From the NCBI RefSeq assembly GCF_016432865.1, contig NC_067398.1:83824001-83888000 (forward strand): a stretch of DNA of 64,000 nt. Reading direction: 5' to 3'. A model generated the notes under the pieces. It was not told where the DNA came from, searched no databases, and was given only the letters and a program-made list of their open reading frames with translations. Positions 49,004 through 61,569 of the stretch are shown one piece after another. The translations under genes were made by a program, and so were the position numbers. The stretch's first letter is position 1. Each line of letters opens with the position of its first letter. This DNA is from Antechinus flavipes (Eukaryota).

Positions 49004-50934
49004 GTGGACTTCTTTCCATAGACAGTTCTGCTTTTGTCCTATCTTAATCCTTAGGATATGATAGCAGCCCTCAGCTCCATTAGTTGCCATCATCCTACTC
49101 TTTATTCAAAATTCAGGTGCTAGCTCCTCCCCAAAGCCTTGTCTGATCCCTCAGCAGATATTTCTGACTATAAATATGAATTCACATTCCAAACCTCTTC
49201 CCTCTTTGCTGGTCTCTTTCAGGAGAACCAGAGAGATGGATGTTCAACCAAAGAATGCATCTCAAGGGCACCTCCAAGGGGTAGGAATAACAGGCCTTGC
49301 AAGGAGCCTAAGTGGGCCAGTTTAGATGTGGGGACAGGTAAAGGAGAACTGTAGAGTTGGAACTCCTGAGCTAAATCCTAGCTTCTTTCTTTGGCCAAGA
49401 AGATGGATATCTACATTGCCACGGAGTGGGGATAGAGCACCAGAAGACCTGAATTCAAATTTGCCCTTAGACATTTACTAGCTGTGTGACCCTAAGCAAG
49501 TCACTTAATCACTTTTTGCCTTATTTACTTCAACTGTAAAATGGGGGTAATAGTAACAAACACCTACCTCCCAGGGCTGTTTTGAGGATCAAATAAGATA
49601 ATGGTAGGAACTATAATAAATGCTTGTTTTCTTCCTTGTCTTAATTCTTTTATTCTATGAGATCTTAAGCCTGCCCATAACTTCTCCTTCGTTTGTTAAT
49701 TGCACCACTATCTCAGTCATTTAAGGCTCCAAATCTTTGATTCTTCCCTGTGCAGAGGCCTTCACATCTGGTCAAGTCATTGACCAAATTTTGTCCTTTC
49801 TACTTTTACAACATCTGGCATCCCTCTCCTTCCCCCTCTTTCCCATGCTTTACCATCCTAATTCAGAACTGATCACCTCTTTGGCTTGGATTCTTTTATT
49901 CTATTCATTTAAATTTTTTATTGCTATTTTTGTTTTTATATCACCTTCATTTCAAAACACGGAATAAGATAATCCGTAAAGTGCTTAGCATATCATATCA
50001 TAGGCACTTAATAAACGCTTGTTTCCTCCCTCTTCTGCTAAATAAATTCCTCCTTCCTCTCCTACTGAACTAGCTATTCTTGTAACAAAAAAATTTTAAA
50101 AAGAAAGGAAAAAACTCACTTCAGCAAAAATAGCCAACATATCAAGCAAGTTTTACAATGTGTGCAATGTTCCACACCCACAGTTCCCCACCTCTGCCGA
50201 GAAGAGAATGAAGGGCACTTTCTCAACTTCCTTCCAAAGTCAGCTTTAGTCGCTGAATTGTACATCTTTCAATTATGTCAGCTTCTAGGTTCTTTCCATT
50301 ATGTGATGTAATTGATATGTATGGATCCCTTTCCGGATTCCGCTCACTTCTCTCTGCATCCACTCACATAAATCTTTTAATGCTTCTCAGAATTCTTTCT
50401 ATTCATTGTTTCAGATTGGATGTTAATATATCTCTTTGCATCCATGTGCTCTTTTTAGTTACTATGCTTTTTTGACTGATGCTGACCTTTAGAAAGCTCC
50501 ATAGTCTGACTACCTACCTTTTGAAGCCTTCCCTGGTCTTCATGTACTTATGTTCCAGGCAAACTGAACTGTTTTCCATGGTCAGTTCTACTTTTGTCCT
50601 ATCTTAATTCTTAAGATAGACTAGCACACACCTCACCCCCTCAACCCCCGCCCCAGCCTCATCAGTTGCCACCATCCTATTCTTTATTCAAAATCCAGGT
50701 GCCATCTCCTTCTTGAAGCCTTATTTAATCTCTCAGCATAAAATGTGCTCTCTTTTCTCAGTCTTTCTTAGAATACTCTGGTTTGCTTCTTTGTCCCCAC
50801 TATCATGAATTGTTTATGTAAATTCCAATTACCCCTTAATAGATTATAATATCCCAGAAGATAAGTACAATTAGTCAATCTTTTTATTTCCAAATGGGCA
50901 CAGTGCTTGGGTACATCAGGTTCTTTTTCCTCCA

Positions 50935-51640
50935 AAAAAAGTATTTTATTTTTCCAAATACACGAAAAGATAGTTTTCAGCATTCAGCTTTGCAAAATCT
51001 TGTGTTGTAAAATTTTCTCCCTTTCCTCTCTTCCCTCCCCAAAACTGTAAGCAATCTGATATAAGTTAAACATGGGCAATTCTTCTAAACATATGTCCAT
51101 ATTTATCATGCTACACAAGAAAAATCAGTTCAAAGGGAAAAAATCACAAGGGGGGAAAAATCACAAGCAAACAAACAACAACCAAAAAAAAGTGAAAATA
51201 TAATACTTTGATCCACATTTAGTATCCTTAGTTCTCTCTCTGGATCCAAGTCTATTGGAATTGTCTTGAATCATCTCACTGTTGAAAAGAGCCAACTCCA
51301 TCACAATTGATCCTCACATAATCTTGTTGTTACTATGCACAATGTTCTCTTGGTTCTGCTCATTTCACTCTGTATCCATTCATGCAAGTCTTTCCAGACT
51401 TTCTGAAATCAGCCTGCTCATCATTTCTTATAGAACAATAATATTCCACTGCATTCATATGCCAACTTATTCAGCCATTCCCCAACTGATGAGCATCCCC
51501 TCAAATTTCCTTATCCCAGGGATGCTACAAACATTTTTAACTAACCCCCCCTCCAAAAAAAAAGGTGAAAATATCATGCTTTGATTCACATTCAGTCTCT
51601 GTAATTCTCTCTCTGGATGTAGATGGCATTTCCCAACCAA
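50935..51640 (-). mobile_element. L1 3' end fragment(s)
   Basis: TTTTCCAAATACACGAAAAGATAGTTTTCAGCATTC...TATTCAGCCATTCCCCAACTGATGAGCATCCCCTC, plus a second short piece of the same UTR at ~51545-51640. Confidence 0.85.
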
Positions 51641-54169
51641 AATTTATTGGAACTGACACATTAGGTTCTTAATGGATGTTTGTTGAATTGACAGGCAGCT
51701 GTTAAATGGCTATTGGGGTAGGACATAGGATGTGTAGTCAGGATGTCCTGTGTTCCAATGCTGCCTCTGATATCTACTACCTGTGTGGTCCTAGGCAAGG
51801 CCCTCGACCTTTCTCAACTTTGTTTTCTTCATCTGAAAAGCGGTGGTAATATTAGCCCTTGCTTCATAGAGTAGTTGTGAGGATTGAATGTATATTCAAA
51901 AAGCTTTGTAAGTTCTATGTAAATAATTGTGATCACTATTCAGAACTGGAAGGAATCTTAGGGGGCCAGTCCAGTCCTCTTATTTTAGAAATTAGGAAAG
52001 TCAGGCCCAAAGTCACATAAATAGATGATCTGTGGCTAAGTTAAGTCTTGAATCAGGTGCACTTGAATTCTTTCTTCCCTATACTAAGCTAAATCCCAAA
52101 GGCCTCCCAGCCCATCTCCCTGTCATCACTCTGCCTCTACTTTTCTCCCTTTCCGCTACTTAGCTTAATGGTGGCCAAGCCATTGACAGCCTTCTCCTTT
52201 ATTAGGAGGACTCAGGACAGTCTAGCTCTTTCCCATATTTCTCTTTCCCCATCTGTCTGTCAAATAGACAGTGGGTATCCTGATAAATGGAGATGATCCC
52301 CTGGGCTCAGGGGTTCCCCCATAACATCAGGAAGGAGGAGGGGAAGAGAAGGCTGGGTCTAGAAGTTGCTGTGGCCTCAGGGAGAAAATCTCCCTATCAA
52401 GTTCATCCCTCCCTTTTCCCAAGCAGAAAAATGCTTCCCTTCAGGGTAAGATTGGGCTGGGCTGGGTTAGAATGGGGGGAGGGGGGGAGGAGGAGGGAGA
52501 AAGTTGGCAGGAAGAAGGAAAGAGGGGTAGAGGTGGGAAGGGTGGAATCCTGAACTGAAGGGTGGAGGAGGGAGCCAGCGGGATAATGTCCAAAGAAAGG
52601 GTACATCTACCCCCCCTCTCCCATCTCCTCCTGGAGCCTCCCTTCCCTTTCTTGAATTTCCCTCCCCTTTTCTGAGTTTTCATTTTTCCCAGAGAGTTTT
52701 CAACCTCTCAATGAATGTGAGTCTCAATCTGTCACAGAGTCCTTATCACCTAACTGAGCCCCTCATCACCTCAATGAGCTTCCTAGACCTTTAATGAACA
52801 TCCAACCTCAATCTTCATCGAGTCCATGTTCTGACTCCCAAACCCTTCCCGAATGCCTGTGCCCACTGAGCTCCTTCTTCCTGCCCACCTCCCACCCCCA
52901 TCAAAACCTGCTCTCTGCTCAAAAGCCCTAGGAGAAGAATCTGATGAAGGAATTCACACTGAGGCGTTAATGTGCTATCTCTCCCAAGGGTGTATGCACT
53001 TTAACAGCTGGGAAGGCCTTACCCTACAGGAACTGTAGTCTGATGGGGGAGTCTCAGGCAAAGACTCACCCAGAGAGAAAGAGAGAGGGTGGAAGAGATG
53101 TCAGCTGCCTGTCAGATCCCAGGCACTCCCTTGGCCCTGGATGGCTTTGGGGGAGGAGTGGCCTTTCTGGTAAATGTCATGGACCCATAGACCCATAGGC
53201 TGAGGGAGACTAGGAGCTACCCTGACCCCCCAGATGGCCACCCATTTGGCAGGGAGGCTGCCCGTGCTGATGAACTGGCCCGAGGGAGGGGATGACTAGG
53301 CTGAGGTGGGGATGTTGGGTAGTGTAGGGTTTTTTCGGCCTCCGCTCAGCTGCTGCTCAGATCTTGGCTGAAGCTGCTTCTCGCATCTTAGAATAATAAA
53401 CCAACATTAAGAAGGCATTTGTCACTGAGGAAAGGAGGCAGCCGGGGCCCAGATGTCATAAACATGTGTGAGGGGCCAAGCCTGATGGGGAGGAATTTAA
53501 AGGGGCAGGGGAACCAGTTAAAGTGAGGGGATGAAGGAAAGAAGGCAGGGAGGGGAGGAGGGGATGAAGAGGAAAGGATGGGCAGTTCTCTGCTTTTCTT
53601 CCCGCAAAGGGTGGGTGGTCCAGTGGTTAAGGAGCTGAGGAACACTGCTTCTGCACAGCCTCACTGTTTTACCCATCCATCCCCATCCCCCCAGTCTGCC
53701 TTGTTCTCCCCAACTGCACAATGGGGACATCTGGTTCTTGGGTTGGAAGGGAAAGGAAAGTCTGGCTTGCTTCTTCAGAAACACATGTCTATTCTTCTCT
53801 GGGGGTGGCAGGCAAGCAGGGCCATGGGCGGCTTTTGATAACTTTATTGATAGTCAATAAGGGACTCCAGACCCTCCTTCCAAAGCCCTCCGGCCACCAA
53901 CAATATTCCCCTCCCCTGGAGCCTTTAGATGCCAGTTTTAGGATTTAGGATTGGTAAGAACCTTAGAGAAAAGCCCTGAGCTCTGGCATAAAGAGGACCT
54001 AGAGGTTTCTTAGACAGGATTTAAGTCCTCCCTCTAGCACTTACTACCTATGTGATCCTAGGGTGCTGCTTTGAGTGTCAGTTTCCTGATTAGTAAAATG
54101 AGGGACTTGGCATCCATGTTCTTCCAAGGTTCTATGTTGTTTATTTGGATCTGACTCTCCTTGACCCTA

Positions 54170-54370
54170 TTCAGGGGTTTGTTGTTGTTTTTGAAAAGTA
54201 CTAGAGTGTTTTGCCATTTCCTTCTCCAACTCATTTTACAGATGAGGAAACTGAGTCAGACAGGATTAAGTGTCTTGCCCAGGGTCACCCAGCTAGTGTC
54301 TGAGGCGAGTTTTTAATGGACAGACATGGGTCTTCCTGACTTCAGACCTAATATTTGATGCACTGAACCA
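54170..54370 (-). mobile_element. MAR1-like CORE-SINE
   Basis: TACTAGAGTGTTTTGCCATTTCCTTCTCCAACTCATTTTACAGATGAGGAAACTGAG...CTTCCTGACTTCAGACC. Confidence 0.7.
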
Positions 54371-55344
54371 CCAAAGTATTACAAATTCTAGTTCTCTGAG
54401 CTTCAATCTAGCCCAACTTTACGTATTTTTCAGGTGAGAAAGCTGAGGATCAAATGAGGGAGCAGACTTCCATGTCACACAAGTATAAAGTAGCAGAGGT
54501 AATTAAGGGGAGACTTGATTTACATAAACAATTATGATATAAAGGAGAATGTAATGGAGCAAAAGGGAGGTGCAAAAGGTTTTGAGGAAATCTGAGAGGA
54601 AAAAGGCACTTTGGGCTGATCATAAAGAATTTCATGGAGGAAGCAGCATCTGAGTAGATAGAGAAGCTGGGGTAGATTGAGACTGAAGAGAGAACAGAGT
54701 CTTGGGGGATAGTTATCAGTACAGTTCAGGTGGAATGGTCAAGGATAAGAAAGGTCTAATATGGATCATCTTTCCCCAACTATACAAGTCTGAGGCCCAC
54801 TAGCCTTTAGACAGAGGATGAGAAAACTTCAGGAAGAAGGGGAGGAAGAAAAGGCTAAAAAATATCATGGATTTGAGGAAGCTACAACAAAAGAGAAAGA
54901 CATAACTGGGAGTGGAAGATGGGGGAGAAATGGGAAGAACAATTGACCCTTGGGGATTGCTGGAGTTGGGAATAGGGGGAAGCCAGCTCAGGAGAGAATA
55001 GTACATATACATATTCCCCATTCCAGCCCAAATGGCCCTCTAACTTTCCCTAAATATGGCATCAATCTCCCACTTTCAGGCCTTTTCGTAGTCTGTCTTC
55101 CCATGCCTCAGTGCCCTGCTTCTTCATCTCTGCCTATGAGAATCCTACAAATTCTTCCAAGTTCCTTGATCCCACCACAAGTCTATAAATTACTTTGTAT
55201 ACATATTTATTTACTTATATCTGCGCAAATTATTTCCCTGGATACAATGTCAGCTACTGGAAGTCAGGAACTGGTTTTATTTTTTCTTTGACACTGTAAC
55301 CCAACTCCTAGCTGTGACATGATAAATGCTTGTTCGTTGATTGG

Positions 55345-56030
55345 ATTAGAACAGGACTTCTTGTTATGGTACATAAAGGCAATGGAATATTATTGTTCTA
55401 TAAGAAATGATGAGCAGGCTGATTTCAGAAAGGCCTGGAGAGACTTACATAAACTGATGCTGAGTGAAGCAAGCAGAACCAAGAGAATATTGTGCACAGT
55501 AACAACAAGATTATGTGATGATCAACTGTGATGGAGTTGGCTCTTCTCAACAATGAGAGGAATCTGCTAATTCCAATAGGCTTTTTTTTTTTTTTTTTTT
55601 TTTTGCTTTGGGGATTTTTTTTTTATTATAGCTTTTTATTTACAAGATATATGCATGGGTAATTTTTCAGCATTTTCCAATAGACTTGTGATGAAAAGTG
55701 CCATCACATCCAGAGAGAGAACAATGAAGACTGAAAGTACATAGTATTTTAACTTTCTTGTTGTTTTTTGTTGGTTTGCTTGTTTTTTTCTTGTGTTTTT
55801 TCCCTTTTGATCTGATTTTTTTTTTTGCTTAGCACAATGAATATGGAAATATGTTTAGAAGAACTGCACATGTTTAACCTATATCAAATTGCTTGCTGTT
55901 TTGGGGAAGGCAGTGGGAGGAGGAGAGGGAGAAAAAATTGGAACACAAGGTTTTGCAAAGATGAATGTTGAAAACTATCTTTACAAGTATTTGGGAAAAG
56001 AAAATACTATTAAAAAAAAAAGGAAGGGAA
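55345..56030 (+). mobile_element. L1 ORF2 end and 3' UTR with a nested antisense L1 tail
   Basis: The ORF at 55319 contains LWYIKAMEYYCSIRNDEQADFRKAWRDLHKLMLSEASRTKR; the 3' UTR ends in an A tail at ~56012; interrupted at 55584-55674. Confidence 0.85.
55584..55674 (-). mobile_element. Very short young L1 3' terminus inserted antisense into an older L1
   Basis: Minus strand: AATGCTGAAAAATTACCCATGCATATATCTTGTAAATAAAAAGCTATAAT-A10-TCCCCAAAGC-A-tail, matching the 3' end of the 2035-2332 family; TSD TTCCAATAG(G/A)CTT at 55571-55583 and 55675-55687. Confidence 0.85.
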
Positions 56031-56430
56031 AAAAATACTTACATGAACTGATGCTGAATGAAGTGAGTGGAACCAGGAGAACATTATACACAGTGACAAG
56101 ATTATGTGATCATCAACTGTGATGGACTTAACTTTTCTCAACAATATGGTAATTCAAATTAATTCCAATAGACTTGGGATGGAAAATGTCAATTGCATAC
56201 AGAGAGAAAACTGTGGAGAGTAAATGTGGATGAAGAATAATATTTTCACCTTTTTGTTTGTTTGTTTTCTTTCCTGTGGGTTCCCCCCCTCCCTTTGGTG
56301 TGATTTTTCTTGCACAACATGACAAATACGGAAATATATTTTAAAAGATTGTACATATTTAACCAATATCAGATTGCTTGCTATCTTGGGGAGGGGAGGA
56401 GAAAGAAAAAATTAGAACATAAATTCTTTA
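56031..56430 (+). mobile_element. Second L1 3' end in tandem with the preceding one
   Basis: TACTTACATGAACTGATGCTGAATGAAGTGAGTGGAACCAGGAGAACATTATACACAG repeats the ORF2 end, then the 3' UTR. Confidence 0.8.
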
Positions 56431-57259
56431 GTCTTTTTTTTGAAGGGATTATAGTTGTTTTCTTCTGAAAATCTTTTATTGACATTCAAATTTTTTAGAA
56501 TAATAGCCTTTTAAAAATACATGCAAAGATAATTTGTAAAACCTTGTGTTCCAAATTTTTCTCCTTCCCTTTCCCCTATTCCCCTCCCCTACATAGCAAG
56601 TAATTTAATATAGGTTAAACATGTGCAATTCTTCTAAACATGTTTCTATTGATGTTCTTTTTTAAAAAAAATCCATCACAGTCAATTTCCAATGACTACC
56701 TCTACCCAATCCTCCCTTATAGGGGTAGTAGTTAAGCAAAGCAAACCCACGTATACTAGCTATGTATGAACATATCTCTCTGTGCTTATTACAATCTATT
56801 ACCTCTGTATAGAAGATGTTTCACTGTCAGTCCTATACATGGATTAGAGTTCTGAAGTCTTCCCTCATTGTTTTCCTTTATATTACTGTGGTCATTATGT
56901 AAATAATGCTCCTGGTTCTTCTCATTTCACTAGACATCACTTCATAGAAGTGTTCTCAGGTTTCTTTGAATGCTTCCTATTTGTCAATTCTTGTGTTGCA
57001 ATCATATTCTATTAGATCTCTATCTCTGTTCAACTCTTCCCCCTAATCAATGGGCATCTGCTTTCATTCCAGTTCTTTTTAAGTATAAAAAAAATTCTTG
57101 GCCTGGCACAATCTGGCTGTAACTTACATTTACAGACTTATTTGAAAGTGATTCCCCTTCACAAACTCAACATTACAGAGGAATTGGATGGCTGGAGCTG
57201 TTCCCAGATCTGATCCTACATTCTCCCAACTCTATGTATTCTCAAAGACCTCCCCCATC

Positions 57260-57560
57260 TCCACCTCCTGGCTTTCCTGGCTCCCTTCAAGTCCTAATTA
57301 AAATCCTATCTTTTACAAAAAGCCTTTTCCAATCCCTCTTAATTCTAGTGTGTTCTCTTTTATTTTTTTATTTTTTTGGTTTATTCTATAGCTTATTTGA
57401 TTATATTTATTTGTTTGTTGTCGTTCCTCCACCCCACCCCTTTCCCCATTCGATTGTAAGTTCCTTGAGGTTGAGGACTCTTTTTGTATCCCCAGCACTT
57501 AACACAGTACCTGGTGCTTAGTAGGTGCTTAATAAATGTATATCGACTGCCTGACTGACT
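57260..57560 (+). mobile_element. L2 3' terminal fragment
   Basis: GGCTCCCTTCAAGTCC...AAGCCTTTTCCAATCCC...GTATCCCCAGCACTTAACACAGTACCTGGTGCTTAGTAGGTGCTTAATAAATG. Confidence 0.75.
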
Positions 57561-58750
57561 ACATGTAGAATGGATTGTCTCTTCTCCACTTTTTGGAATC
57601 CTCTTTTTTCAAGGCCTAATTCAGGAGTCAAAGCCTTTGATCAATCAATGTATATTTGCTTTGTTGTTTTGTATTAAGACTGGGGATACAAAGAAAGGCA
57701 AAAAACAAATAATTCTTGCCCTCAGGGAGCTTACTTTATTATGAGGGAGACAATATATATCTAAATAAATTTATACAAGATATGTACAAAGTTGTTGCTC
57801 AGTAATGTCTGACTCTTGGAAATCCTTTGAACCATAGCACATCAATACTGACTATAGGGTTTTCTTCCCAGATACTAGAGAGGTTTACCTTTTTATCTCC
57901 AGGAGATTAAGGCAGAGATTATACAGTTAATGAGTGTCTCTCCTTTGCTCCTGGCACTTTCTTCTGTGTCCTAGTTATGTTTGTGCCAGGCCTCTCTCCA
58001 CTTTCCCATTGGATTATAAGCTCTTTAAAGACAGGGCCTGTGCTATTTTTATTTTTATATCTTCAGCATTTTGCACATAGTAGGTGCTTTGTTGCATTGA
58101 ATCATGGGAGGGTAAGGGTGGGCTGGACCTCTGCTGGCCCTCTAGTCTAAGCTGTAAATAAGCTGATTCCCATTCAGAGAAGCCATTTGTCTATCCCCAG
58201 CCCAAGTCAGTGTGACTGTTCCCAGGGATCAGACAAGCCTGGAATGTCCAGGGGCTTGATGTTGAAGAGGAAAGCCTCCAAGCCCTGTCTGTATACACTT
58301 CTGAGAATATAGATTCAGCCCTACAGACACGCTGCCCAGCCCATCCATGTGACTTGGCTGTGAAAAATATGTCCAACTCTATCTCTGTTCTTCCCCTATG
58401 ACTCCAAGCTGAAGGTCACATTTCAGAGGAAGTGGCCAAGAAGGGCTTTCCTAAGGATCTCTATTTAGTGCCTAAGGGATCCCTCAGTTCAGAGCAAAGA
58501 ACATGGACTGAAGAAGGCTCTGGCCTGAGTTCTTCCTCTTCCCTCAATTTCAATTCAACAAACATCTCTTTAAAAACAGCTCCAGTATCTGCTGAGATTG
58601 GAACATGTGTATAATATAGCAAAAGGAATGCTGGATTTGTTATCATGAAACCTGGGACCCACTTGTTCCACTTGCTAGCTGGGTGACCAAAGGCAAGTCC
58701 ATCAGTCTCCCTAAACTTCAATTTCTTCATCTATTAAAAGAGGATAATAA

Positions 58751-58907
58751 GGGGACAGCTAGGTGGTGCGGTGGATAGAGTACCAACCCTGAAGTCAAGA
58801 GGACCCGAGTTCAAATCTGATCTCAGACATTTAACACTTCCTGGCTGTGTGACCCTGGGCAAGTCACTTAACCCCACTTGCCTCAGCAAAAAATTAAAAA
58901 AAAAAAA
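58751..58907 (+). mobile_element. Full-length WSINE1-like SINE with A tail
   Basis: GGGGACAGCTAGGTGGTGCGGTGGATAGAG...CCTCAGC + A tail; TSD AGGATAATAA at 58741-58750 and 58908-58917. Confidence 0.92.
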
Positions 58908-58938
58908 AGGATAATAATGTGCATATTACTCACCTCAA

Positions 58939-59193
58939 GGGCAGCTAAGTGGTACAGTGGATAGAGCACTAGATTTGGACTCCAGAAAACTCCTCTTTAT
59001 AAGTTCAAATCCAGCGTCAGACCCTTATTAGCTATGTGATCCTGGGCTAGTCATATCACCCTGGTTGCCTCAGTTTCCTCATCTGTAAAGTGAGCTGGAA
59101 AAGGAAGTGGAAATCCACTCCAATATTTGCCAAGAATACTCTAAATGGAGTCATGAAAAACCAGGCATGACTGAAATGATTGCACAATACTAG
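58939..59193 (+). mobile_element. Full-length MAR1-like CORE-SINE
   Basis: GGGCAGCTAAGTGGTACAGTGGATAGAGCAC head, CORE, RTE-like tail; TSD TACT(C/T)ACCTCAA at 58927-58938 and 59194-59205. Confidence 0.85.
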
Positions 59194-59457
59194 TACTTAC
59201 CTCAAAGGGTTACTGAGTCTGGAAAAGGAGATATTTAGACTAGATACTCTCTAAAGATACTTTCAATTCTCAATCTTCTGATCCTATGATGTGTCTGCAT
59301 TTCAATTCTTTCATCTGTAAAATGAGGATAATAAAAGAGAACATGAAGACTGTAAAGAACTAAGCAAATGTTATAAACAAAGGATTAATTGTGTGAATCT
59401 TGTTTCTTCAATTAGACAGTGATTTCCTTAAGGGCATGAGCCAGGTCTTCTCCAGTT

Positions 59458-59592
59458 ATCATCACCACTACTACCAACCCCATCACCATCACTATCATCC
59501 ACTACCATCAGCACCATTACCAACCAGTACCACTATCCCCAGCCCCACCACCATCAGCCCCATCACTATCCACCAGCACCACCTTCATTATC
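59458..59592. repeat. Degenerate (CAC/CAT)n low-complexity tract
   Basis: Directly visible; explains the His/Pro/Thr-rich ORF at 59400. Confidence 0.8.
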
Positions 59593-60879
59593 AACTGGAG
59601 AGCCATTTTAGCACAGTGAAAGAAACCCTGGATTTGGAAATAGAGTAGCTGGGTTCAAAGCCAGATATTGTTATTAATATCCATGTAATCGAAGATATAT
59701 CCTGTCACTTCTGGCTTCAGTTTACAAATCTGTTAAATGAAGGAGTTTGGGGGAAGGAATAAGAAATGCTTCATGCACAAAATAAGCATAACTACCATTT
59801 ACATAGTGCTTACTATGTGCCAGCTTCTATGCTAAGCAATTTACAATTATTTCACTTGGTCTTCACAACAATCCTGCAAAATAGGCACTTATTATTATTA
59901 CTATCTCCATTTTACAGATCAGGAAACTGATGCAGAGAGAAATTAAGTTGCTTCCTGGGGTTACACAGCTACTAAGTGATAAAATCATATTTGAACCCAG
60001 GCTTTCCTGATTTTAAGCCCAGCAGTCTATCCAAATGATCCAAATGCAAATACCAAAAGATAGGGTATTGTCATGTGTGAGGAACAGAGAGGGTCCCAGT
60101 TTGACTGGATTACAAGATATGGGAGGGTAGTAATGTCCAATAAGACTGGAATCATAGGTTGGGCTTGTGAAGAGATTTTAAAACTCCAAAGAGCTTCTAT
60201 TTTCTCCAGGAGAGGAGAGGAAGTCACTGGAGTTTATTGAGTAGAGGAGTCAGAGCCTTGCTTGATACTTGGGAAAATTACTTTTAGTAGCAATGAATAG
60301 AATGGATTGAAATGATGAGTCTTGAGACAAGAAGACTAATTAGGAGGAAGGTCTCAGGCTGACCTAGCAGTGTCAAATCAAGTCAATAAGCATTTAGTGT
60401 GACTGAATGGTACATAGTTAGTGCTTAATAAATGTGTGTTGATTGATTGATTGATTAACTTGAGACCTTTTATCAGAAGGGGCCATCTTCAGTACTGAGA
60501 GGTCAGAAAGGGTGTGGTAATTTAAAAAAAGAAAGAAAGAAAGATTCCAGTTTTCCTGGATCTTCTTCAGAGAGGGGGAACTCCCGCCTTCTCTTGGCTC
60601 CCTTCTCTGTGCCCCAGGCTGGGCTCTGCAGGGTGGGGTAAGGGGTGCTGCTGACTCATTGCTTGGCCTGCTCTTTCACAGAATGGCCCTGGGGGAATAA
60701 GGGAGAGGAGGATATAAGCTGTGAGTGCCTGCCTCTCTCTCCCTAGGGCGCAGGTGTTAGGGAACTAGTCATTTGCCCACTTGGCCCCCTCTCTGAGGCA
60801 TCATCCCCATCCCACCTGAATGTATGGAATAAGGCCGAGGAATGGGGAAAGAACAGAACTACAGAATAAAAATACTATC

Positions 60880-61380
60880 AGAGTTGGAGGGCCCTCAAAG
60901 TCTATCTAGTTCAACCCACACCTGGTGACTGAGAACTGATTGCAGGGGATCATATAACCTTCATTTGAAGAATCAGAAAAGAATATATTCCTTCCCAAAG
61001 TAGCTGGGAAGGCACTTTTGCACAGCTCTAGGAAGTTAGGAAGTTTTGTTAAGCCTAACTTAGATCTAAATTTGTCTCTCAAATTCCAGTTTCTACCCTC
61101 TGGGACCAGGCAGAATGTCTTATATTTTTTTCCATATGACAATCCATCAAATAGCTTGAAGGTGGCTCGGCCCTCATGTCCCCCTAAATGTTCTCTTCTT
61201 CAGGCTAGGGATCTCCGGTTCCTTCAACAAGTATGATCTCCAGATCTTTCACTCTTCTGTTCATACTCTTAGGATGTTCTCCAACTAAAAATGTGGTACC
61301 CAGGACATAGAGTAGGACTCTGGGTGTGGTTTGACCAGGACAGAGTACATGAGGGGCTGTCATCTCTCTCATTCTGGGAA
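60880..61380 (-). mobile_element. L3/CR1 LINE fragment (ancient)
   Basis: TCTATCTAGTTCAACCC...ATGACAATCCATCAAATAGCTTGAAGG...GTTCTCTTCTTCAGGCTA...AAATGTGGTACCCAG...GTGGTTTGACCAGGACAGAGTAC. Confidence 0.7.
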
Positions 61381-61569
61381 AAAAAACTGGAGTCCTTTGA
61401 CTCTTTGGTAACATCTTCCACTCAGTTTCCTCATCTGAAACTTCAACCTCAGTCTAACTCTACTACCTAGCTGATCAAATTGGCAGATTGATATGGGAAA
61501 GAGAGGACGCAAGCTCTTTAAAACCAGGGGTCATTTTGGTTTTGGCTTTGCCTTTCTAGCATCTAGCAC

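Noticed and set aside
58751-58830. tRNA-like A/B-box sequence at SINE heads
   Set aside because: These are tRNA-derived SINE 5' ends, not tRNA genes; no cloverleaf or acceptor stem.
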